64,000 bases of DNA. Source: a virus. The notes below the pieces were generated by a model, which saw only the letters and a program-made list of their open reading frames with translations, was not told the DNA's origin and ran no database searches. A program made the position numbers and the translations under genes. The DNA lies in the IMG/VR virus record IMGVR_UViG_3300031413_000624; one strand, given 5' to 3'. Below are positions 1 to 9,579 of this stretch, in pieces (the stretch's first letter is position 1; each line of letters begins with the position of its first letter).

Positions 1-228
1 CTAGCTTCTCATCTTTCGCTTGTTTGCTTTGTCTACAAGCTTGTTATATTCAACAACTTGTAGAAGCGCTGTACGGAGAGCATCTTCCAGGAATGCGCCG
101 TCCTGGTTGCGGTAGTCTGTGGTGACTGTGATGTGCTCACCATTCACAGTGAAACGAATGAAGTTCGCCTCTGGACGCTGTGAAGCGGGAGCGGTCTTGC
201 CGAGGTGGAGTGTTACGTTTTTTGACAT
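1..228 (-). CDS. small hypothetical protein (75 aa)
   Basis: Complete ORF; AAAGGA RBS 6 nt upstream of the ATG on the minus strand. Confidence 0.4.
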   Translation of the reverse strand: MSKNVTLHLGKTAPASQRPEANFIRFTVNGEHITVTTDYRNQDGAFLEDALRTALLQVVEYNKLVDKANKRKMRS

Positions 229-434
229 GGTTATCCTTTCAGTTGGTGGTAATTGACTGAAAAGATAAATTTGTTATTACATGTCGTTTATTGTAGCACT
301 TTCTGTAAGGACTCGTCAAGAGTCATCCAAAAGTATCGGCAAGAATTCTTGAAACTTAGTACAGTGCAAGCTTTCTCTCCTGAAAAAGATTCTTGCGATA
401 CGATAGATAAAGTACACGTCAAAGGAGAACTGAC

Positions 435-704
435 ATGACTTATCAAGGATTACATAACGCCGAAGCATACGAACGTGCAAAAGAAGCTGAGGAGAATGCC
501 GCTCGAGATGCTTTAATTGCAGCTGCTCGTAGTGAACTGACGTGGGAACCAATTTCGCTGGAGCAGTTCTTGTTCAGAGTGGCAAAGCATGCACAGGTTG
601 ATTTACTTGCTGCGAAACGAGCTCTGTCGTACCTGAGAAGCTACAATGAGGCTGACTACGTGTTCGGTGTTGGAGTAACCAAGAAAGTCCGTCAGAATGG
701 CTGA
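435..704 (+). CDS. hypothetical protein (89 aa)
   Basis: ORF with AAAGGAG RBS at 421-427. Confidence 0.45.
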   Translation: MTYQGLHNAEAYERAKEAEENAARDALIAAARSELTWEPISLEQFLFRVAKHAQVDLLAAKRALSYLRSYNEADYVFGVGVTKKVRQNG

Positions 705-1290
705 GAGCAAAAAGGTAAAAATTCCTACTGCTGGGTATTCATCTGAACTGATTCCTAAAATCTTCTTAGTTTTCTCTGCTGTGCTTCTTCTTATCGCAGC
801 ATCTATAGGGCACCCTTTTGACCTTGGCTGGACTATTGTTGCTGCTCTGAACTTCGTTTTGCAAACAGGGATGCTCATTTGGACATTGTTTTTCAAGTCC
901 ACACTTACTGTTGAAGTCGTTGACGGTAAACCTGTTGCGGTGCGGGAGAAGAAACAGCGGATTCTTTTGTCAGAGGTTACGAACATTCAATGGAAGAAGA
1001 TTGGTCGTTCTTTCCAATTGCATCTTACTAAACCCGGTTCAGATGATGAGATGACAAGTAAAGCAATTATCTATTTGAGTGGTGAATCAGGTGTGCATTT
1101 GGTTCGTAAAAACAAGCTTTCGTTACTGAGTGAAACAATGCAAGCTACATCAGCTCCTCGTTCTGGCATTGAATATAAGCATGAGAAGCCAGCGTATTTC
1201 TTCCCTGACCAGGCTGATTATCAGTGGGGACAGACAGCTTCTCTTGGAGTAAATGAAGCGATAACCGAGCTGGGTCGGTACGTCAAATAG
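697..1290 (+). CDS. membrane protein (197 aa, 2-3 TM)
   Basis: ORF; hydrophobic N-terminal segments. Confidence 0.45.
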   Translation: MAESKKVKIPTAGYSSELIPKIFLVFSAVLLLIAASIGHPFDLGWTIVAALNFVLQTGMLIWTLFFKSTLTVEVVDGKPVAVREKKQRILLSEVTNIQWKKIGRSFQLHLTKPGSDDEMTSKAIIYLSGESGVHLVRKNKLSLLSETMQATSAPRSGIEYKHEKPAYFFPDQADYQWGQTASLGVNEAITELGRYVK

Positions 1291-1320
1291 TCAGAACTTT
1301 TGAGTTCTCTGATAGAATAG

Positions 1321-1734
1321 ATGATTATGATAGATTTCAAAGACATCAATGTAGGCGATAAGATTGAACTGGTGTTCAATAATGGAGACCGTATCAGTGG
1401 CGAAGTCACAGTGCGGGTAATTTCAGATACTATGCGCTTACAAACATTATTTGGTGGCGACACGTTCATCTCTGTTCGTGAAGTTAAAGAAATCAATGTT
1501 CTGACCCCTCGTGTAAATCGAGAGCCGTTCGAACCAGAAGGTGAGGGTTACATCTGGGGGTATGTGGACTTAGGAAATGTTCGCCATGCCGTCTACCGTT
1601 CTCCTGATAAATGGTGGAGTTACAAAGGCAAGATGGGTTCATGGGAGCGTCTGTATGACAAGGTAACGGATGACAACTACGATAAGCCGTTTACTTTTGT
1701 TCGTCTGATTGAAGCTGAACCTGACACTGAATAA
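1321..1734 (+). CDS. hypothetical protein
   Basis: ORF; TAGAAT -10-like hexamer at 1313-1318 right before the ATG (leaderless-type). Confidence 0.45.
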   Translation: MIMIDFKDINVGDKIELVFNNGDRISGEVTVRVISDTMRLQTLFGGDTFISVREVKEINVLTPRVNREPFEPEGEGYIWGYVDLGNVRHAVYRSPDKWWSYKGKMGSWERLYDKVTDDNYDKPFTFVRLIEAEPDTE

Positions 1735-1856
1735 GTTATGTCGATGAAGCGCTTAGTCCAGCAGCTTGTTGGATTAAGCGCTTTTCTCTTTTCTGAGGTG
1801 TTTCACAGAACATTGCTATGGTTTATATACGTACAAAAACAAGTTAGGGGAAAACC

Positions 1857-2798
1857 TTGGTAGGTTTTATCATCTTCGCTATCCTCGCAGTCGTTGCGGT
1901 GGTTGTGTGGCTTAGATCAGCAAAGAAAAGCAACAAGCTTCAAACACGTGTCTCAGGTGGTGTCGCAGCAGCCTTAGGATTAACAGCATTCGGTATCCTG
2001 TTTGCTCATAGCGCATACACGCAGGACCCAGGTGAGGCTGTTGTTCAGCGTGACACTATTACAGGTAAGATCGTCGGTCAGACCGTTACAGAAGGTTTGT
2101 ACTTCAAAGCTCCTTGGGTTGACACAGTGATGTTCAACATCCGTAATCAGAAGGTTTCCTTCGCTGGTAACGCTCAGTCTGGTTATGCTGACAATACTGG
2201 TGGAGCTGCTGACGGTTCACAGATTACTGTTCAGGATGCTGATGGTGTTTCTTCTAACATTGATATCACTTTACGTTACTCTATCAAGGGTGACTCTGTA
2301 ACCGAGATTTACCGTCAGTTCAAGGATGAGGAGAACTTCAAGAACTCTTTCATCACGCAGGACATCCGTTCAGTAGTACGTAACGTCCCAACGAAGTTCA
2401 GCACGCTCGACTTGATTACTCAACGTGGCAAGATTGAGAAGCAGATTCTTGATTCCTTGGAAGACCGTTGGAAGAAAGAGGGAGTTGTCATTGACTCCAT
2501 CAGCTTGCAGGAAATCCGTGTCCCTGACAGCGTTCGTGAAGCATATGCGAAAGCACAGGAAGCTCAAATCAACGTTGAGAAAGAACGCTCTAACCTTGAA
2601 GCAGCAGAAGTCTCCGCCCAGCAGAAAGTTGCTAACGCAACAGCTGAAGCGAAAGCTAACAAGATTCTAGCCGCTTCCTTATCTGACCCTGTTTTGAAGC
2701 AGCGATACCTTGACGCTCTTTCCGAACTTGGTAAAGACGGTAATGTCGTGGTTGTTCCTGAAGGATTCAACGGAATGTTGAATCTTAACAAGAAGTAA
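1857..2798 (+). CDS. SPFH/band-7 (HflC/prohibitin-like) membrane protein
   Basis: TTG start with AGGGG RBS; N-terminal TM; band-7 core and C-terminal coiled-coil Ala/Glu/Lys region. Confidence 0.65.
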   Translation: MVGFIIFAILAVVAVVVWLRSAKKSNKLQTRVSGGVAAALGLTAFGILFAHSAYTQDPGEAVVQRDTITGKIVGQTVTEGLYFKAPWVDTVMFNIRNQKVSFAGNAQSGYADNTGGAADGSQITVQDADGVSSNIDITLRYSIKGDSVTEIYRQFKDEENFKNSFITQDIRSVVRNVPTKFSTLDLITQRGKIEKQILDSLEDRWKKEGVVIDSISLQEIRVPDSVREAYAKAQEAQINVEKERSNLEAAEVSAQQKVANATAEAKANKILAASLSDPVLKQRYLDALSELGKDGNVVVVPEGFNGMLNLNKK

Positions 2799-2810
2799 GT
2801 AAAACGTTAT

Positions 2811-2852
2811 AGAAAATGGCAGAACCTGTAAAGTCGGGTTCTGCCATTTTCT
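2811..2852. terminator. bidirectional hairpin terminator
   Basis: agaaaatggcagaacc / gggttctgccattttct perfect stem with T-run. Confidence 0.6.
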
Positions 2853-2868
2853 ATAAGCTGTATCGTTA

Positions 2869-3450
2869 TCAACGTCTACGCGGTGTACGCCGAGTTCTTC
2901 TCCGAGATTTCACTCTGGTTGACTCAGCGGCGAAGGCTCTCCATGCGAAGTATTTCATCATAGTAGGAGGGAACGGTTCAGGGTTTGGATTTGAGCGGCT
3001 TTTCTTCACAACAGTAATAACGCCATTATCGTACTCCCAAAGCCCACATCCCTCGGGTATTTCTTCGGGAGTGAGCAAACCTTTCGGAGTTAAGTACACA
3101 AATCTGTTCACAACAGATTTCCATGCTCGTCTTTTATCTTCGGTATCACGCCGAAAATCCGCTTTGGAAACTTTCATTTCAATAGCAGTGATAGCTTGAC
3201 CTTCAAACATGAGGAAGTCAATTCGTCGTGTGAGTTTCGCATCCTGCCAGTTGTATCCATCAGGAACTTCAGCATCGTAATCAAGCCCTGACTTGTCATA
3301 AATGCGCTTCATTCGTGGGTTACTCAACGCACGGGCAGCTCGGGAAAGTCTTTCAGCATGTAAATCAGGCATTGTTACTTCTGTAAGAATAGCTGCTTTG
3401 TTATGTTTCGCGCGAAGTGCTGCGTAGAAAATCTCTTCTTGTTCTCTCAT
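2869..3450 (-). CDS. PD-(D/E)xK nuclease-like protein
   Basis: D...EMK motif (RIDFLMFEGQAITAIEMKVSK). Start placed at the internal Met because the upstream Met lies inside the terminator hairpin. Confidence 0.45.
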   Translation of the reverse strand: MREQEEIFYAALRAKHNKAAILTEVTMPDLHAERLSRAARALSNPRMKRIYDKSGLDYDAEVPDGYNWQDAKLTRRIDFLMFEGQAITAIEMKVSKADFRRDTEDKRRAWKSVVNRFVYLTPKGLLTPEEIPEGCGLWEYDNGVITVVKKSRSNPNPEPFPPTMMKYFAWRAFAAESTRVKSRRRTRRTPRRR

Positions 3451-3455
3451 TAACC

Positions 3456-3498
3456 TAAAAATCCCGATAGTTGCGTATATTCTCAACTATCGGGATTT
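3456..3498. terminator. hairpin terminator for the upstream minus-strand gene
   Basis: aaaaatcccgatagttg / caactatcgggattt inverted repeat. Confidence 0.55.
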
Positions 3499-3511
3499 AG
3501 GCTGCCTGTGA

Positions 3512-4138
3512 TTAGGCGTTGTAAATCTTGTCGTATTCTTTCTCAATGATGTTCTGGTGCTCAAACTCATCGTATCCGTGTTCTTCCCAAGCCTGCTTGA
3601 CATCCTCAGCAGTGATGGTCTCTTTCTGCGGAAGAAGATGTCCGAAGCAGTAATCAAGTCCACCGTCTTCATCATTTGAGGTGAGTTCGTCAAACTTCTC
3701 ACCGTAATGCCATGCTCCGTCCGTGTACCAAAGAACTAAGCTCGTCGCAAAGACGTTAGTCCCGTCAGGGAGTTCAACGTTCAAGCCCCAGTAATTCTCT
3801 TCCTGGTTAGTAGCAAAACGAAGCAAATGCTCAGGGGTTCCTTCATACAGTGCTTCCTGCTGAGGAGCATCCTCATCAGTGCCGTAGAAGTTTGTTGAGA
3901 CTTCGTGGTCATAAACAAGAACCAAAGCGTCATCGTCAACGAAGAACATCTGCAATGTCTGCCCACCACCGTCATCCCAGTGAGCAACAGTAGCGCCTTC
4001 AACAGTAGTGAACAGCTCATCAAAGCTGTATGAGCTACCAACTTGGCTGTCAATAGCGGCTGTCAGTTCAGCTCGCTTTTTCAGTTCAGCTGGAGCTGGA
4101 AGGGTTTCAAGAAACTTTGCAATTTTTGTCTCAGTCAT
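3512..4138 (-). CDS. acidic hypothetical protein (208 aa)
   Basis: Long ORF, no recognisable motif. Confidence 0.5.
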   Translation of the reverse strand: MTETKIAKFLETLPAPAELKKRAELTAAIDSQVGSSYSFDELFTTVEGATVAHWDDGGGQTLQMFFVDDDALVLVYDHEVSTNFYGTDEDAPQQEALYEGTPEHLLRFATNQEENYWGLNVELPDGTNVFATSLVLWYTDGAWHYGEKFDELTSNDEDGGLDYCFGHLLPQKETITAEDVKQAWEEHGYDEFEHQNIIEKEYDKIYNA

Positions 4139-4194
4139 GTTGCTCCTATCGGATGTTTTTCGGTATGTCTATAAAGCTATGGTATCATACTTAC

Positions 4195-4470
4195 ATGAGA
4201 TTCTTACTCCCACTTATTTTCGTTATCGTTGTAGCATTCCTGGCTTGGGCTGCTTTCAATTTCATTCGTGGTTCTTCATCTGGTTCAGGTGGGAACAGAG
4301 GTGCAGGCGGTTCGGATGGAGGAAACTACACGAATAACTTTACCAGTGATTCCTCAGACAACCATCACAGCGGCCATTACGGAAGCTCTGGCGGTGGTGA
4401 CTTCGGCGGAGGAGATTCAGGCGGTGGAGACTCTGGTGGGGGCGACGGTGGTGGCGGAGGAGGCGACTAA
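4195..4470 (+). CDS. small membrane-anchored glycine-rich protein
   Basis: TM helix LLPLIFVIVVAFLAWAAF followed by GGDSGGGDSGGGDGGGGGGD repeats; start uncertain (4117/4153/4195). Confidence 0.4.
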   Translation: MRFLLPLIFVIVVAFLAWAAFNFIRGSSSGSGGNRGAGGSDGGNYTNNFTSDSSDNHHSGHYGSSGGGDFGGGDSGGGDSGGGDGGGGGGD

Positions 4471-4491
4471 GCTTCTCCTCACAAAATAGTT

Positions 4492-4527
4492 GAAGGCGGT
4501 AACAGCGTGATGTTGTTACCGCCTTCA
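4492..4527. terminator. bidirectional hairpin terminator
   Basis: gaaggcggtaacagc / tgttaccgccttc stem. Confidence 0.55.
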
Positions 4528-4532
4528 ACTAT

Positions 4533-5021
4533 TTAATACTCAGTGCGAGTTGTGCTTTCTTTCCACACATTGAAAGGACTTACAGCATTTTCAATTCTCA
4601 GATGCTCAGCAACATCTCCAGCTGCAAGCTTCTCGTAAAACGTTGCGTCATCAAAGCCAGCATCAGCTGCATCATGGCGGTCAGCAGCGAACACAATGCG
4701 GTCAACACGTGACCACAATGCAGCGCCTAAGCACATGGGACATGGCTCACAGGAAGAGTACAGAATGCATCCTTCCAGACTAAACGTTTCCAACTGACGG
4801 CATGCTTCACGAATAGTATTCACTTCTGCATGCGCAGTCGGGTCATTCGTTGTCGTAACTGAATTACCGCAAGCGATTACTTTGCCAGACGGAGTGACAA
4901 TAACTGCTCCGAACGGCCCACCATTACCTGAATAGACGTTATCCATTGCGGTACGAATAGCAAGCTGGATGTAGTAACCATCGTAGTCGTCATTCATTGT
5001 CATCACTCTCCACTTTGCCAT
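4533..5021 (-). CDS. CMP/dCMP-type zinc deaminase (TadA/cytidine deaminase-like)
   Basis: HAEVNTIREA ... SCEPCPMC zinc-binding motifs (H-A-E, PC-x2-C). Confidence 0.75.
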   Translation of the reverse strand: MAKWRVMTMNDDYDGYYIQLAIRTAMDNVYSGNGGPFGAVIVTPSGKVIACGNSVTTTNDPTAHAEVNTIREACRQLETFSLEGCILYSSCEPCPMCLGAALWSRVDRIVFAADRHDAADAGFDDATFYEKLAAGDVAEHLRIENAVSPFNVWKESTTRTEY

Positions 5022-6120
5022 TCAGGTTCCAGAAAGGCTTTTCAAACTCAGGCTGGATAAGCTTCCAGATGCTGTCAGAAATCTTCTTCTCAGAAGACTC
5101 ATTGTAGTGACCACCGCTATGACGGCTGAACAGCATACCTACAAGCTTCTTATCCTGCTGCTGCACTGCAAAAGCATAGTCCTTCTGAGTGAAGTCATCA
5201 GGAAGAGAGGTAATTACGCTGTTATACGTGTTCTCTACTTCCTCACGCAGAGCAGCGAACTCTGCCAGAAGGTTGTCACGGGTGCGCTCAACGAAGTCAA
5301 TGAACTCCTCAGGAAGGTCCTTCAACCAGCTGTCAAAGTCGTTACCACTGACAAGCATCTCCCAGATACGACGTGAAGATGCGCCAGTGATGATGCGATG
5401 AAGCTGAACGTAGTCGGCCTGCTTAATCTTCACACGAGTGTCAGTGTTCAGGAAGTGCACAACCATACCCTCAGCGTTCTCACGCGGAGTTGCAGTAAGC
5501 GCCTCAGCAAGGTTCGTGTACTGGAACTGCTCAACCTTGTTCCACTTCCACTCATCAATCTGGGATGCAGGCTCGCTGACACCAGTCTCAATGTTTACAC
5601 GGGCAATCAGGATAAGGTCATCCATCTCACCGTAGTTCAGCACAATACGGTTGGTCGGGTAGATAATCTCCCAAATGTACGTGTAGCCCTCAGCAGGCTC
5701 CCACTGACCGTCATACAGCTCCAAGTAACGCGCCGTTGCATGCTGAGCCTGCTCAGAAGCAAAGGAACCACGAGTGGAGATGTTCAGCGTGCCATCAGGA
5801 GTGCGGTAAGAGATACCCATGCTACCGTCAGCCTTATCGGAGACAATAGCAGGACCAGTCAGAAGAGCCTGGTCAACATCAGGCTCGTTGTGGTTGAAGA
5901 ACTTACCCAGAGGACGGGAAACAATTTCCTTTGTCTCAGCGTCGACAATAAGACCACGTGCTGCCAAAGTTGCAGGGTTCCAAGCGCGCTCAAACTGAGC
6001 GACCTGTGAGTAGTCGTAAATCTCCAACGGCAGAGTAGGGTGTACCTGCTTATTGATGTGCTTTGCCGCGAATGCTGCATCCCACATTTCCTTCGGAGCA
6101 ATGTCATAAATAGTTGACAT
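4990..6120 (-). CDS. RNA ligase family protein (paralog A)
   Basis: KxDG nucleotidyltransferase motif I (VSDKADGSMGISY); about 45% identical by eye to the 16133..17371 product. Confidence 0.7.
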   Translation of the reverse strand: MSTIYDIAPKEMWDAAFAAKHINKQVHPTLPLEIYDYSQVAQFERAWNPATLAARGLIVDAETKEIVSRPLGKFFNHNEPDVDQALLTGPAIVSDKADGSMGISYRTPDGTLNISTRGSFASEQAQHATARYLELYDGQWEPAEGYTYIWEIIYPTNRIVLNYGEMDDLILIARVNIETGVSEPASQIDEWKWNKVEQFQYTNLAEALTATPRENAEGMVVHFLNTDTRVKIKQADYVQLHRIITGASSRRIWEMLVSGNDFDSWLKDLPEEFIDFVERTRDNLLAEFAALREEVENTYNSVITSLPDDFTQKDYAFAVQQQDKKLVGMLFSRHSGGHYNESSEKKISDSIWKLIQPEFEKPFWNLNGKVESDDNE

Positions 6121-6260
6121 GGAAAATCGTTACTTTCTGTGCTTCTTCAATGGATCAATTCGTACTGATAATAGCAGATATAAGCATCTTCGTCAACTGG
6201 TAGGAGGTCTTTCCTGCTTTGACAATGCCTGAACTGATATACTTTAGTAGCAGTAGTGAT

Positions 6261-6303
6261 GTGACAATATTGTCACATTGGCCTCATGCAACAATATTGT
6301 CAC
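6261..6303. promoter_or_regulatory. pair of palindromic operator-like sites
   Basis: Perfect 16-bp palindrome GTGACAATATTGTCAC (6261-6276) and repeat ACAATATTGTCAC (6291-6303) in a divergent intergenic region. Confidence 0.5.
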
Positions 6304-6327
6304 TTGCAACCTATTGGAAAGGCTATC

Positions 6328-6819
6328 ATGTCCTTAGCAGAAGATGAACGAACACAACGATCCCGCGAAGCTGCCAGAGAGCGTTCTCGAGCGAAATCGA
6401 TAAAGTTTGCAAAGATGAATGCAGAGGCTCGTCGTCTTTCGCAGGAAATGCCAGAAGAAGGATTACCTCTCAGTATTTGGGCAGAAGAAATCAAACGGCG
6501 TTCAGGAGAACACGAGTACATTCTTCACATCCTTCATAATCTTGAAGGGGAAGTTCATTACTCTTTGTCTAATGTTACAAGACTTCCAGGCTTGCAAAGC
6601 GCAGACCCTCAGTATCTTTCAGAATACACGCCTTACTCCATCCCTAAGAGTGTTGAACTTGACGAAGAAGTACTACGCCAGTACAATAAGTGGTCAATAC
6701 TGAATACTCAGCGTGCATATGCTACACAAGCTTACATCCAGTCACAGCTTGATTCAGGAAACGAGATTCTCGTACGTAAGCCTGACGGAACAGTCGAAGT
6801 AGTTGGATTTTCTTCATGA
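6328..6819 (+). CDS. hypothetical protein
   Basis: ORF; GGAAAGG RBS before the ATG at 6328. Confidence 0.45.
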   Translation: MSLAEDERTQRSREAARERSRAKSIKFAKMNAEARRLSQEMPEEGLPLSIWAEEIKRRSGEHEYILHILHNLEGEVHYSLSNVTRLPGLQSADPQYLSEYTPYSIPKSVELDEEVLRQYNKWSILNTQRAYATQAYIQSQLDSGNEILVRKPDGTVEVVGFSS

Positions 6820-7172
6820 ATGAACCAACAACATTAACATTATGGAGACCTGTTGGTCCAAAAGAGTTAGCTCTCATTGCTCAATCAGGTTACCAAGAAT
6901 TTCCGCCTCGCTTACCAGACCAACCTATCTTCTACCCTGTTCTCAATGAGGATTATGCAAGGAAGATAGCTTCAGGTTGGAACGCTAAATATGATGGTGG
7001 CGGGTTCGTAACGCAGTTCCAGGTGGAAAAACGCTTCATTGACCGCTACAAGGTCCAGCAGGTTGGCGGAGCAACAATTTTGGAATACTGGATACCTACT
7101 GAAGACTTAGATGACTTCAACGAACATATCGTCGGATTCATTGAAGTCATCGCTGAATACCCTTCGGTTTAA
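6816..7172 (+). CDS. hypothetical protein (118 aa)
   Basis: ATGA start/stop overlap with the upstream gene. Confidence 0.5.
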   Translation: MNEPTTLTLWRPVGPKELALIAQSGYQEFPPRLPDQPIFYPVLNEDYARKIASGWNAKYDGGGFVTQFQVEKRFIDRYKVQQVGGATILEYWIPTEDLDDFNEHIVGFIEVIAEYPSV

Positions 7173-7174
7173 AG

Positions 7175-7193
7175 TTGAGCTGAGTCCACTCAA
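7175..7193. promoter_or_regulatory. HAIR-like inverted repeat (HspR operator-type) upstream of dnaK
   Basis: TTGAGC-tgagtcc-ACTCAA matches the actinobacterial CTTGAGT-N7-ACTCAAG consensus. Confidence 0.5.
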
Positions 7194-7196
7194 CTA

Positions 7197-7213
7197 TTTT
7201 TCGTCAAAATGAC
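7197..7213. promoter_or_regulatory. TTTTTCGTCA-N3-TGAC operator-like motif (copy 1)
   Basis: tttttcgtcaaaatgac; same motif recurs at 25069 and 56233. Confidence 0.45.
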
Positions 7214-7271
7214 CTCTATTGAAAAAATGGTGTATGCTGTCATCATAAGTTCAACGAAAGGGTAACATAAA

Positions 7272-9125
7272 ATGGCTCGTACAATTGGTATCGACCTTGG
7301 AACCACAAACTCAGCTGCTGCAATCCTTGAAGGTGGAGAAGCGACAGTCATTGCAAACGCGGAAGGTGTTCGCACCACCCCATCCATTGTCGCATTCACA
7401 AAAGATGGTGACACGCTCGTCGGTGAAACCGCAAAACGTCAGGCAGTCACCAACGTTGACCGCACCATCCGCTCTGTAAAGCGCCACATGGGTACCACTT
7501 GGTCAACCACCATTGAGGGTAAGAAGTACACTGCTCAGGAAATCTCTGCCCGTATCCTCATGAAGCTCAAAAAAGATGCAGAGACTTACCTTGGTGAAGA
7601 TGTTGACTCCGCTGTCATCACCGTTCCTGCCTACTTCAATGACGCGGAGCGTCAGGCAACCAAAGAAGCTGGTGAGATTGCTGGACTAAAAGTTCTCCGT
7701 ATCGTCAATGAGCCTACCGCCGCAGCAATTGCATACGGTCTTGACAAGGTAAAAGAGTCCGAAACTGTTCTCATCTACGACCTCGGTGGTGGAACCTTCG
7801 ACGTGTCCCTTCTTGACATTGACAAAGACTCTGATGACGGCTTCGCAACCATTGAGGTACGTGCAACCGCAGGTGATAACCGACTCGGTGGCGATGACTG
7901 GGACAAGGCCCTGGTTGATTACATCAACGAGCAGTTCAAGGCTGCTTCTGGTGTTGACATCACAGGTGACAAGATTGCTCAGCAGCGTATCCGCGAGGGT
8001 GCAGAGCAGGCTAAGAAAGAGCTTTCCAGCGGTAGCAGCACAAGCGTTCAGCTCCCGTATATCTCTCTCACCTCTGAGGGTCCTCTGAACTTGGATGTTA
8101 CTATTACCCGTGCGAAGTTTGAAGAGTTGACCAAACCTCTCCTTGACCGCACTAAGAAGCCATTTGAGCAGGTTCTTGCCGATGCTGGTATTACCACAAG
8201 TGACATTGCGAACGTTATTCTTGTTGGTGGTTCAACTCGTATGCCTGCTGTTGTTGACCTGGTGAAGTCTTTGACAGGCAAGCAGCCCTCCCAGAATGTG
8301 AACCCTGATGAGGTTGTTGCTCTCGGTGCAGCTGTTCAGGCTGGTGTTGTGACTGGTGAGCGTAAGGATATCCTCCTGATTGACGTTACCCCGCTGTCTC
8401 TTGGTTTGGAGACTGCGGGTGGAGTTATGACGAAGCTCATTGAGCGGAACACTGCTATTCCCACTAAGCGGAGTGAGACCTTCACTACTGCGGTTGATAA
8501 CCAGCCGTCTGTTGCTGTTCAGGTCTTCCAGGGTGAGCGTGAGTTTACTCGTGATAACAAGAAGCTCGGTCAGTTTGAGTTGACAGGTATCGCTCCTGCT
8601 CCTCGTGGCCTTCCTCAGATTGAGGTAACTTTCGACATTGACGCAAACGGTATCGTTCACGTCTCTGCGAAGGATAAGGGTACTGGCCGCGAGCAGAAGA
8701 TTACCATCACAGGTGGTTCTTCCCTTTCCCAGGCTGACATCGACCGTATGGTCCGTGACGCTGAGGAGCACGCTGCTGAGGACAAGGCTAAGCGTGAGTC
8801 CCAGGACCTTCGCAACCAGGCTGAGCAGTTGACCTACTCTGCTGAGAAGGTTCTTGTGGACTACGCTGACCAGGTTCCTGCTGATGTCAAAGAAGAAGTA
8901 ACCAATGATATCAACGCTTTGAAGAAGGCTTTGAACGAGGGTTCTGATGATGATGTGAAAGCTGCTGTGGAGCGTTTGAACCAGTCTCAGCAGAAGGTTG
9001 GTCAGAGCGTCTACGGTAACCAGGCACAGGCTGACTCAGCCCCTTCTGAGGAAGCTAACCAGGCTCCTGCTGGTGGTAGCGAGGATGAAGATGTTGTTGA
9101 CGCAGAAATTGTTGACGAGGACTAA
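7272..9125 (+). CDS. dnaK: molecular chaperone DnaK (Hsp70)
   Basis: [16 protein letters not shown] and other Hsp70 signatures; strongly actinobacterial-like N-terminus; 617 aa. Confidence 0.95.
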   Translation: MARTIGIDLGTTNSAAAILEGGEATVIANAEGVRTTPSIVAFTKDGDTLVGETAKRQAVTNVDRTIRSVKRHMGTTWSTTIEGKKYTAQEISARILMKLKKDAETYLGEDVDSAVITVPAYFNDAERQATKEAGEIAGLKVLRIVNEPTAAAIAYGLDKVKESETVLIYDLGGGTFDVSLLDIDKDSDDGFATIEVRATAGDNRLGGDDWDKALVDYINEQFKAASGVDITGDKIAQQRIREGAEQAKKELSSGSSTSVQLPYISLTSEGPLNLDVTITRAKFEELTKPLLDRTKKPFEQVLADAGITTSDIANVILVGGSTRMPAVVDLVKSLTGKQPSQNVNPDEVVALGAAVQAGVVTGERKDILLIDVTPLSLGLETAGGVMTKLIERNTAIPTKRSETFTTAVDNQPSVAVQVFQGEREFTRDNKKLGQFELTGIAPAPRGLPQIEVTFDIDANGIVHVSAKDKGTGREQKITITGGSSLSQADIDRMVRDAEEHAAEDKAKRESQDLRNQAEQLTYSAEKVLVDYADQVPADVKEEVTNDINALKKALNEGSDDDVKAAVERLNQSQQKVGQSVYGNQAQADSAPSEEANQAPAGGSEDEDVVDAEIVDED

Positions 9126-9136
9126 AATTTTGTAAT

Positions 9137-9177
9137 CAAAGAAGCGGCAACCCTGGAACTGGGTTGCCGCTTCTTTG
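9137..9177. terminator. bidirectional intrinsic terminator
   Basis: Perfect 17-bp stem caaagaagcggcaaccc / gggttgccgcttctttg. Confidence 0.7.
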
Positions 9178-9178
9178 A

Positions 9179-9568
9179 TTAATGACTTTGTAACTGCTCT
9201 AAAAGCTCAGGAACCATAAGGTGATGATAATGCAAGGGGTAGACATCAATTCGTTCATCTAAACGTATGAACTGCTTTGTGTGAAGAACCTTTGCTGGAT
9301 TTTTATATGGATTGATAATACCTTTAGTGTACTTGATTATTAAAGGTCGTTGCTGAACGTCAACGTATCCTGCATATTTTTGTTTATCATAAACAACTAC
9401 TTCATTTGTCCATCTATCGTGAACCATTGGCGAATACAGGATGGTTGCATAGTATGCTTCTTTATCTACAAAGAAAACAAGAAGCTCATGTGTTTCAGGC
9501 AACCATTCAAAATCGCTAATAACAGGATTGTAAAACATGCCTAAGTAATCGGTTGCACTTTGGACCAT
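9179..9568 (-). CDS. hypothetical protein (129 aa)
   Basis: ORF flanked by terminators. Confidence 0.45.
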   Translation of the reverse strand: MVQSATDYLGMFYNPVISDFEWLPETHELLVFFVDKEAYYATILYSPMVHDRWTNEVVVYDKQKYAGYVDVQQRPLIIKYTKGIINPYKNPAKVLHTKQFIRLDERIDVYPLHYHHLMVPELLEQLQSH

Positions 9569-9579
9569 TGTGAGCTACA

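Noticed and set aside
253-438. 61-aa ORF upstream of 435..704
   Set aside because: No RBS. Overlaps a region better explained as promoter and leader sequence (TTGACT ... TATTAC).
5398-6009. 203-aa plus-strand ORF
   Set aside because: Antisense to RNA ligase A, which carries the KxDG motif. No RBS.
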